Virus record (IMG/VR): IMGVR_UViG_3300012942_000083
Span: 1 to 40,000 of that record
DNA length: 40,000 bases
Origin: a virus
Lineage: Duplodnaviria > Caudoviricetes
Strand: one strand, 5' to 3'
Position numbers and translations under genes: made by a program. Shown here one piece after another: positions 17,821-24,155 of the stretch; the first letter of the stretch is position 1, and each line of letters starts with the position of its first letter. The notes beneath the pieces are model-generated. The model was not told where the DNA came from. It saw only the letters and a program-made list of their open reading frames with translations, and searched no databases.

Positions 17821-18233
17821 GCCGCTTCCCCCAGGCCGACCAGATAAATCTCGACCGCTTTATCGGCTGCGTAGAGCGCGTATTCTTCGGCGAAGCGAGT
17901 GATCAAGCGATCGAGATAGGCGTCGGCCCGGCGTCGCGTGGCGGAATCGGCATCGTGAAGGCAGCCCGACATCAGGATCGACAGGTCTGCCGATTCTTCA
18001 TGGGCGATCAGGTCGTCGTACAGATCGCCGGCATCGAACTCGACATAGTGACCCTCGCGGTTGACGGTGCGGACCGTGCCCATGCGGGTGCGCAAGACTT
18101 CTTTCGCGCGCCGGGCAATGGTGGCTATCTGTTCGACGTAGGTGTCGCCGCGGATCGCATCGCAGACCAACTGCAGGCCTGACGAAGGCTCGGGCGGTAT
18201 GGTCGGCTGTTCCGGCAAATTGTTGAGATTCAT
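17817..18233 (-). CDS. First gene of the PL operon, hypothetical (138 aa)
   Basis: ATG at 18233 with GGGAG at 18245-18241. Confidence 0.7.
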   Translation of the reverse strand: MNLNNLPEQPTIPPEPSSGLQLVCDAIRGDTYVEQIATIARRAKEVLRTRMGTVRTVNREGHYVEFDAGDLYDDLIAHEESADLSILMSGCLHDADSATRRRADAYLDRLITRFAEEYALYAADKAVEIYLVGLGEAA

Positions 18234-18254
18234 CCCTGTTCTCCCAAAAGCTCG

Positions 18255-18976
18255 AACCAGGGATTTCAGGAAAGGAGGGTGGTGCCGGTCTTTCCCGGCT
18301 GTATAGCATTCGGGTGTAGAAGTCCGAACACTTCCCGGTGAGGCACTCCGGGCATACTCGCGGCACAGGCCATCATCGAAGCGGCGCCAAGGGGTGGCGC
18401 GCATCGAGCCGCACGGCTACTCACCCGGTCTTTGCGGCAGCCGCGCCGCTTCGATGATGGCGCTGCCTACGATGTCCGACCGCAGGCAGCGCCGTTGATG
18501 GCTTACAGTTTCGGCCTCTCTGTCGACCCTTGGGTGGTTACGCCGAAGCCCTACCTCCGGGGTCGATTTCATGTTTCAGTTGCCTCATGGGCTGCCGCCA
18601 TCATCGAAGCGGGCCGGACGTTACCCCGGCGATGTGTTTCGACTTCACCAGCATCCTGTGCTGTAGAGCGGTCTGCGGTCACCTACCTACCTTGATCGCT
18701 CCTTTTTTCTGTGGCCGCGATACCCACTTTGCGTGTCACCGATTTCCCACGCCGCCGCTTCGATGATGGTCCCGGCACTCACCCGGCCGGGTTAGGTCCA
18801 TTTGCCCATGAATGGGTACCGCTCGCTATGCGGGGCCTCTGACATCGCACTTCGCCGTCCTTCTGGACCTTGGCAGCTTCCTGCGACTCACGCTGCGGCA
18901 CACCGGTCAGAACGTGCTACGCACGCATGGCCCCTCTCTTGGGTGTGATATCCCAACTTTCCTTAAATCCCTGGTT
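18255..18976 (-). ncRNA. Candidate large structured PL-leader RNA with two tRNA-like domains
   Basis: 20-bp terminal inverted repeat (one mismatch), two internal 15-19 bp inverted-repeat pairs and many hairpins; no credible ORF. Confidence 0.7.
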
Positions 18977-18987
18977 TTAAAAGAGCG
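18975..18987 (-). promoter_or_regulatory. boxA-like antitermination site (nutL-like)
   Basis: CGCTCTTTTAAAA on the minus strand, about 25 nt after the predicted PL start; compare lambda/rrn boxA CGCTCTT(T)A. Confidence 0.65.
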
Positions 18988-19018
18988 TTGCTTCGGTGTT
19001 TCGTGAAGCTTGGGAGTA

Positions 19019-19047
19019 ATATTAGGCGTAGCCTTACTATATGTCAA
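19019..19047 (-). promoter_or_regulatory. PL promoter
   Basis: TTGACA (19047-19042), 17-bp spacer, TAATAT (19024-19019). Confidence 0.85.
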
Positions 19048-19062
19048 TAGGCTATGCCTAAT
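19021..19062. promoter_or_regulatory. OL operators (two 17-bp sites)
   Basis: ATTAGGCGTAGCCTTAC (19021-19037) and AATAGGCTATGCCTAAT (19046-19062); consensus ATTAGGC-N3-GCCTAAT shared with OR. Confidence 0.88.
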
Positions 19063-19084
19063 AATTTTCGAGGAGCTAATCACG

Positions 19085-19546
19085 ATGTCGGAAGAACAGA
19101 GGAAGGAATACTGCGGCCGTTGCGATGCTGCCACGCCGCTGGATGTCGGCCTGAATCAGGCAGCGCTGGATATGGATTGGGATATCGCGCACGAAGTGTT
19201 CGACATACCCGAAGAAGCGCTGATATCGTTGGAGGCGGTCAACATCGCGCTGCCCGCCTATTCCACGGATCGGGCTGCGGCGAATAGGGCGATGACTGCG
19301 GTATGGGCCAAGGGAGGAGGGGTGAGGGCGCGCCTGGATGCTGAACTGGCCAGGTGCGCGAAGTTGGACAAGCTGACCTCAGCAGAGTTTCGAGGGCTGT
19401 CGACGGCGATTATCGTGCTGACACCGGATAGAATTTGCGAGGCCGTGCTTACGACCGTTCGTGCATGTAGGGAAGCAAAATGGTTCGCAAACACCCGAGA
19501 TGGTCACCGCGCATTCCATGAAATAGAAAACCGTGATTCTCGCTGA
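19085..19546 (+). CDS. Hypothetical protein with phage ABA-sandwich-like motifs (153 aa)
   Basis: GAGGAG ribosome-binding site, ATG at 19085; LPAYSTDRAAA and TPDRICEAVL motifs; N-terminal CxxC. Confidence 0.6.
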   Translation: MSEEQRKEYCGRCDAATPLDVGLNQAALDMDWDIAHEVFDIPEEALISLEAVNIALPAYSTDRAAANRAMTAVWAKGGGVRARLDAELARCAKLDKLTSAEFRGLSTAIIVLTPDRICEAVLTTVRACREAKWFANTRDGHRAFHEIENRDSR

Positions 19547-19670
19547 TGTAGGTATAGAACTGAACGAAATCCTCTTCTGTGACGCGCCGTTCTGGCGGCC
19601 GTTCGAGCCACAGATCAAGAAGGGTTTTCGAGTTCTCGGCCTTGGTCGACTTTCTGGTGAGGGAGGTCAT
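19449..19670 (-). CDS. Hypothetical protein (73 aa)
   Basis: TAATG coupling with the upstream membrane-protein gene. Confidence 0.55.
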   Translation of the reverse strand: MTSLTRKSTKAENSKTLLDLWLERPPERRVTEEDFVQFYTYISENHGFLFHGMRGDHLGCLRTILLPYMHERS

Positions 19671-19966
19671 TATTTTTTGTTTGCCTTGTCCTTGCCCATA
19701 GCGACTCCAATGGTGAACACGATTCCGAATATGAACCAGATGATCGCGAATATCGCCACACGACCCGCCAGCATTGTGAATGACGTATTTTCCCAACCAC
19801 CGCTGAATGCAGCCACTGCTGCAACAACTGCGGCCGTCCATGAACAAAATGAGACTGTGTTTTTGTCGGTCAGTACTTTAAGCTTGGCCAGCAAGTAGCC
19901 GGCAACAAACCCGCAGAATGCCAAGGCAATCCAGCCGAAGCCAGTCCCTTCATACGGATCGATCAT
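19670..19966 (-). CDS. Small inner-membrane protein, about 3 TM helices (98 aa)
   Basis: Three hydrophobic stretches and a basic C-terminal tail; ATGA coupling at 19966. Confidence 0.75.
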   Translation of the reverse strand: MIDPYEGTGFGWIALAFCGFVAGYLLAKLKVLTDKNTVSFCSWTAAVVAAVAAFSGGWENTSFTMLAGRVAIFAIIWFIFGIVFTIGVAMGKDKANKK

Positions 19967-20247
19967 TGTTGCTTTACTACGCACCGGAAATTGAACACCA
20001 CGTCTCTGTTGCCCATCCCTCGATGGCTATCGACAGTTGAGTCGACGCGCACCATGTCGAGGCCTTTCTGGTCACAGAATTGGTTGGCTTTCTGTGCCGC
20101 CTTCAGGATGAGTTCGCTGTCGGAAATGGAGCCGTTCCCAGTGGATGAGCCGATGGTGTACGTGTCACGATCCAGCTTGGATACCGAACCGACGGATACA
20201 CAACCGGCCAATGCACACGCTAAGATCGCAACAGTTAGAACTCGCAT
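19963..20247 (-). CDS. Lipoprotein (94 aa), candidate superinfection-exclusion factor
   Basis: MRVLTVAILACALAG-C lipobox; GGAGG ribosome-binding site; two further Cys. Confidence 0.82.
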   Translation of the reverse strand: MRVLTVAILACALAGCVSVGSVSKLDRDTYTIGSSTGNGSISDSELILKAAQKANQFCDQKGLDMVRVDSTVDSHRGMGNRDVVFNFRCVVKQQ

Positions 20248-20433
20248 ACCGCCTCCACTCATGATTAAATACAACTGTATTGTTAAGTTACTTACGGTCG
20301 AAAAAAAAGCGATCGAGGGAAAACTCACGGGGATGAACCATTTTTATATTGAGATTCCCACGCCGCGATAAATTACAGTTGGTTGATTCTGTACTATCGG
20401 TTCCAACCAAATCGACATTATTTCTCCCGCCCT

Positions 20434-20877
20434 CTATGACCCGAATTTTTTTGTTGGTTTCTTGCCCAGCTTGTTGAGAAACAGAAGCATGTAGTCTTCA
20501 AGGTCTTCGCGCTGCTGTGCTGTCAGACCATATATTTGCTCTGGGCGCACATGTTTGAACGGCCATTCAATGTCATAGAGGCCGCTCGACTCCTCAACGC
20601 TGATGTTGGCTGAACGGTCAGAGGTATCGGTCAAACCGGCAGGCCATTCAGATTTTGTGAGCCCCCAGTGTTCTGGGCCCACTACATCCGAGAAATAGCG
20701 CCATAGCTCCGGTAATTTATCTTTGGATACAGCGCCTTTCTTAACCCAGTCCGCCAAAGACGGGGGCTGCATTTTGAAGTGACGAGCAATCGCGGCTTTC
20801 GAGTCGGCGCTTCCCGACTTTAGCTTCAGGTCGATCGCTTTGCCGATTGCTTGTCCGAATTCCTTTCCCTTAAGCAT
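20434..20877 (-). CDS. cI: Phage repressor (HTH) lacking a C-terminal S24 peptidase domain
   Basis: KAAIARHFKMQPPSLADWVKKG HTH; divergent from cro across the operator cluster; only 147 aa. Confidence 0.85.
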   Translation of the reverse strand: MLKGKEFGQAIGKAIDLKLKSGSADSKAAIARHFKMQPPSLADWVKKGAVSKDKLPELWRYFSDVVGPEHWGLTKSEWPAGLTDTSDRSANISVEESSGLYDIEWPFKHVRPEQIYGLTAQQREDLEDYMLLFLNKLGKKPTKKFGS

Positions 20878-20944
20878 TGCCTAATAAATCACATGGAAAA
20901 GAAATTAGGCAATTCCTATTGAAGTACATTAGGCGTAGCCTTAT
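20869..20944. promoter_or_regulatory. OR operators (three 17-bp sites)
   Basis: CTTAAGCATTGCCTAAT (20869-20885), ATTAGGCAATTCCTATT (20904-20920), ATTAGGCGTAGCCTTAT (20928-20944). Confidence 0.85.
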
Positions 20945-20947
20945 ACT
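20919..20947 (+). promoter_or_regulatory. PR promoter
   Basis: TTGAAG, 17-bp spacer, TATACT; predicted start coincides with the cro ATG at 20955. Confidence 0.8.
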
Positions 20948-20954
20948 GTGCGTC

Positions 20955-21206
20955 ATGATGAAAAACACTCCTGTTGCGAAGGCCTGCGAGATTGTCGGCG
21001 GCCTTTCTGCATTGTCGAAAATCCTTGGCATCAAGCCTCCGACTGTTCATCAGTGGTGTCATGGCGTTCGCCCGGTCCCGATCGAATGGTGCCTAGCCAT
21101 CGAACGAGCAACAGAGGGCGGCGTCACGCGCCAGGAGCTGCGACCCACCGACTACTGGCGCATCTGGCCTGATCTGCCGGCACCGCAGGAGTCCGTTCAT
21201 GCCTGA
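20955..21206 (+). CDS. cro: Cro/YdaS-like HTH regulator
   Basis: GGLSALSKILGIKPPTVHQW...IERATEGGVTRQELRP. Confidence 0.88.
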   Translation: MMKNTPVAKACEIVGGLSALSKILGIKPPTVHQWCHGVRPVPIEWCLAIERATEGGVTRQELRPTDYWRIWPDLPAPQESVHA

Positions 21207-21303
21207 CACTGTCTTGTTCATCTTCATAGCCTTGGGCTTTGCCGGTGGATTTCTCGTCGGGTACGTCCGCGGCTCGCGGAGCAAGGAGGGCTGGAATGGC
21301 TGA
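21199..21303 (+). CDS. Small single-TM peptide (34 aa)
   Basis: AGGAG ribosome-binding site; MPDTVLFIFIALGFAGGFLVGYVRG...; manually translated. Confidence 0.55.
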   Translation: MPDTVLFIFIALGFAGGFLVGYVRGSRSKEGWNG

Positions 21304-21613
21304 CCCCCATCCCTGGCGGCCGGATCCGGCTGACACGCGCATTCCCATCGGCGCACCCGATACGTCAGTGCAGCGTGCCGCGCGGCCCGAGCCACGCGCG
21401 CACCTTCTGGTAGAAGCGGTGGATCACCTCGGCCGATGTGCCAGGCTTTCCATCGTGGGCCTGGCGCGCCTCGTCCTCGGCCTCATCCATCAATCGCTGC
21501 TCGATGTCCTCGGGCAGATCAAACAGTGTTTTTTTCTTGTCCATGGCCACAGTCTGCCCACCGCGCGCGCCGCGGTGAATTGGACGCGAACCGGAGATAT
21601 GTCCCATGCTTGA
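21296..21613 (+). CDS. Hypothetical protein (uncertain; contains an antisense ORF)
   Basis: AAGGAGG ribosome-binding site before ATG 21296; bridges the flanking genes. Confidence 0.4.
   Translation: MADPHPWRPDPADTRIPIGAPDTSVQRAARPEPRAHLLVEAVDHLGRCARLSIVGLARLVLGLIHQSLLDVLGQIKQCFFLVHGHSLPTARAAVNWTRTGDMSHA
21365..21544 (-). CDS. Small acidic antisense protein (59 aa, MDKKKTLFDLPEDIEQ...GTLH)
   Basis: Helical, protein-like composition; ATG at 21544. Confidence 0.5.
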   Translation of the reverse strand: MDKKKTLFDLPEDIEQRLMDEAEDEARQAHDGKPGTSAEVIHRFYQKVRAWLGPRGTLH

Positions 21614-21830
21614 TCCCAATGATTCGTCCGAATCGCGGCAGATCACATCCGTGTACGGCAAATGCGACCAGCGCCTGGACATCCCGGTGCCCGAGGAATT
21701 GCGCGAGACGATGACGCTGCTGGCCCGCCAGTCAGGCATGACCACCGCCGAATACGCGCGCCTGGTCATGGAGCGGCATTGTTTCGGTGCCGCACCGCTC
21801 ATTCAACGGCGCGATCCACTGCTGGGGTAG
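21606..21830 (+). CDS. Ribbon-helix-helix-like regulator at the cII position
   Basis: RLDIPVPEELRETMTLLARQSGMTTAEYAR pattern; GGAGA ribosome-binding site. Confidence 0.7.
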   Translation: MLDPNDSSESRQITSVYGKCDQRLDIPVPEELRETMTLLARQSGMTTAEYARLVMERHCFGAAPLIQRRDPLLG

Positions 21831-21835
21831 GGCGC

Positions 21836-22264
21836 ATGCAACGACGCATCCAGCTCACTCCCTATAACCGGTCTCGCGCAATCGAGACGGTGCGCCAGGC
21901 GCCCGACGGCTGGTTTTTCATGCCGCCTATAGAGCCGAACGCGACGCTCGAGCAGAAGAAAAAAATGTGGGCGATGCTCGGCGACTTTTCCCGCCAGATC
22001 AAATGGGAGATCAACGGCCATAAGGATTTCATGGCCGACACGGATTGGAAGGATCTACTGACCGCCTCCATGGCCAACGAGAAACGGATTGCGAAGGGCC
22101 TGCGCGGCGGGTTCGTATCACTCGGCGTGCATACCAGCGAGCAGAGCAAACGGTGGATGTCGGAATTCATCGCTTTCATGTACGCCGAGGGGGATGCAAT
22201 GGGCGTCCGGTGGACTGAACCGGTGGATGTCCCGGGATGGTACCGAGATGGAGCGCCAGCATGA
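21836..22264 (+). CDS. ninB: NinB/Orf-family recombination protein
   Basis: TLEQ...MWAML.D.S.Q..W, WKDLL, LG.HTS..SK..MSEFI motifs; ATG at 21836. Confidence 0.85.
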   Translation: MQRRIQLTPYNRSRAIETVRQAPDGWFFMPPIEPNATLEQKKKMWAMLGDFSRQIKWEINGHKDFMADTDWKDLLTASMANEKRIAKGLRGGFVSLGVHTSEQSKRWMSEFIAFMYAEGDAMGVRWTEPVDVPGWYRDGAPA

Positions 22265-22533
22265 GTGACATCAAACCCGGTGATCTGGTGATGGTGGTGA
22301 AACCCAAGCGATGCTGTGGGGGAGGGTCTCTAGGTCTGCTATTTACAGCGGGAAGCTCACCGTTTCGATCCGGTTGGCTGTGCACGCAATGCCAACGATC
22401 CTCTACCGGCGCTGTAATCACTACCCATGAAGGCGACGGCTGGGTTATCGAAGTCGACCGCGTTAAGAAAATCGATCCTCTCACCGAAGATGACAGCTTG
22501 CCGACGAGGCGGGATCTGGAGGTGACGGCATGA
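22261..22533 (+). CDS. Hypothetical phage protein
   Basis: ATGA coupling; IKPGDLV...KKIDP. Confidence 0.65.
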   Translation: MSDIKPGDLVMVVKPKRCCGGGSLGLLFTAGSSPFRSGWLCTQCQRSSTGAVITTHEGDGWVIEVDRVKKIDPLTEDDSLPTRRDLEVTA

Positions 22534-22895
22534 AAGGGCGCACCCGCACTGCGGCTGAAAAGCGATTCCATGACGTCTTGTGCCAGTTCGTAGGCTGCAT
22601 TGCCTGCCGCCAGCATGGTCGCCTCAACACGTACTGCAGCGTTCACCACATCGATGGGCGTACGAAACCCTGGGCACATTGGCTGGTGTTGCCTTTGTGC
22701 GGCCCACATCATCAGGACGACGGCACCACGGGCGCAATCGCTGTCCATCCGCACAAGGCGCAGTTCGAGCAGATGTTCGGCCAGCAACGAGAACTGCTGC
22801 GTCGCTGCCTGGAGTTGCTGGAAGAGCAGGGCGTTCACGTTCCCGAAGAGGCCCGGCGTGCCGCGAACGGCCAGTGGGAAAGGATGGTGGCATGA
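22530..22895 (+). CDS. Ref-like HNH-fold nuclease
   Basis: GCIAC...HHIDGRTKP.AH..VLPLCGPHHQ...HP.K..FE. Confidence 0.82.
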   Translation: MKGRTRTAAEKRFHDVLCQFVGCIACRQHGRLNTYCSVHHIDGRTKPWAHWLVLPLCGPHHQDDGTTGAIAVHPHKAQFEQMFGQQRELLRRCLELLEEQGVHVPEEARRAANGQWERMVA

Positions 22896-23224
22896 GTCGA
22901 CGATTCGGACGAAATCAGAAGCGACGCATGCGCGCCCAGGAAGCCGAACTTGACGGTCTGGAGCGAACAAATAGCGAAGTTTCCGTGCGTGTCCACGCAA
23001 AGCTATCTGAAGAAAAGATCAACTACGCAATTGCAGGGGCTGTGTGGACCCAGTTGTGCGCCGACCGCCCTAAACACACAATCACCTTGGAAATAGCTCG
23101 GCTGTTGAGTTGGAAACTGGTGACGCGGTATGGGATCGAAAAGGCCTGCGCTGCTCGTTTGAGCTATGCCATGTGGTTATCGACGGATCTTGCAGCAAGA
23201 GATGAGAAAGAGGGGGTCGCATGA
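22892..23224 (+). CDS. Hypothetical protein (110 aa)
   Basis: ATGA coupling at both ends; MSRRFGRNQKRRMR start. Confidence 0.65.
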   Translation: MSRRFGRNQKRRMRAQEAELDGLERTNSEVSVRVHAKLSEEKINYAIAGAVWTQLCADRPKHTITLEIARLLSWKLVTRYGIEKACAARLSYAMWLSTDLAARDEKEGVA

Positions 23225-23730
23225 CCCTCCTACCTCAAGCCTCCGGCGCCACCATTTCTGAATGCGGCCAGTATCGCTACCTCCTGTGGCGAGTCTGGGA
23301 TGAGAGCCTACCCAGCGTGGCGTTCGTCATGCTGAACCCTTCCACGGCCGATGGTCAGGTCGACGATCCGACCGTGCGCCGCTGCGTGGCGTTTGCCCGA
23401 GACTGGGGTTACGGCCGACTCGACGTTGTGAACCTGTTTCCGCTGCGTGCCACGAATCCGTCGGCGCTTCGCCGCCATGCGGACGCGCTCGGGCCCGCGG
23501 GCCTGGCCAATGCCGCCATCCTCGATATCGCGCGTGCCGCCTCTCTGATCGTGTGCGCCTGGGGTGGCCAGTCTATGGCGCGCAAGCGGGCCGATACGGT
23601 ACTGCGGCTGATGTTGGGCATTCCGGGACTCTCTGAACGGCTCCATCACATTGGCCTTAACCAGGATGGCAGTCCAAAGCATCCGCTGTATATCGCGGCC
23701 AGCGTGCGACCGCAAAGGTGGGCTGCATGA
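23221..23730 (+). CDS. DUF1643-family protein
   Basis: YRY.LWRVW, MLNPSTAD...DDPT, VNLF..RAT.P, AWG and PKHPLY motifs. Confidence 0.88.
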   Translation: MTLLPQASGATISECGQYRYLLWRVWDESLPSVAFVMLNPSTADGQVDDPTVRRCVAFARDWGYGRLDVVNLFPLRATNPSALRRHADALGPAGLANAAILDIARAASLIVCAWGGQSMARKRADTVLRLMLGIPGLSERLHHIGLNQDGSPKHPLYIAASVRPQRWAA

Positions 23731-24155
23731 GCCACCAGGCCGTCACCTGGGCATTGCAGCAGCCCAACGCAAATTTGCCGGCCGACCGAAAGGCCCCACC
23801 AGGTACATGGGTGGATGTCCATGGCCGTGCTTGGCCGCTGCCTCAAAGACACGAACGGTTGGATTTCAAGCGACAAGCCCATGCAGCACTACGCGCCTAC
23901 GTTTATGCGCGAGACGGCTATTGCTGCGGCGAGTGCGGCGCAGAAGCCGCGGGCGTGCCGCCTGGCTATGACGGTCATAAAGCATTGTTCATCGAGGCTG
24001 TTACTCGTAATGGGCACCCGATCCCGCTTGTGTTGGATCACGAAGTGTCGTTGGCAAACGGCGGGGCAACCCATCCGGATAACCTTCGCACGCTATGTGC
24101 GACTTGCAACAACCATAAGGCAACGGCGGTGGATCGGATCTGGAGGCGCCGATGA
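23727..24155 (+). CDS. HNH endonuclease
   Basis: VYARDGYCCGEC...DHEVSLANGG....NLRTLCATCN.HK. Confidence 0.85.
   Translation: MSHQAVTWALQQPNANLPADRKAPPGTWVDVHGRAWPLPQRHERLDFKRQAHAALRAYVYARDGYCCGECGAEAAGVPPGYDGHKALFIEAVTRNGHPIPLVLDHEVSLANGGATHPDNLRTLCATCNNHKATAVDRIWRRR

Noticed and set aside
18495-18600. Possible hammerhead ribozyme (CGAAAC near stems on the minus strand)
   Set aside because: No CUGANGA core in the required position; other ribozyme classes cannot be excluded without covariance models
18369-18769. CRISPR array or solitary CRISPR repeats suggested by four copies of CCATCATCGAAGCGG
   Set aside because: The copies alternate in orientation, are only 15-19 bp, have irregular spacing, and no cas gene is present; they are better explained as RNA stems
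18598-18769. Bona fide tRNA gene
   Set aside because: No TTCRA T-loop, no 7-nt anticodon loop and no CCA; kept only as a tRNA-like structure
18234-19010. ORFs 18432..18695, 18530..18766, 18812..19006, 18907..19134 and the 5' extension of 17817..18404
   Set aside because: No ribosome-binding sites, unnatural composition, several antisense to PL; the dense inverted repeats argue for non-coding structure
20248-20433. LexA/SOS box in the AT-rich gap downstream of cI
   Set aside because: CTGT and ACAG half-sites occur but not as CTGT-N8-ACAG
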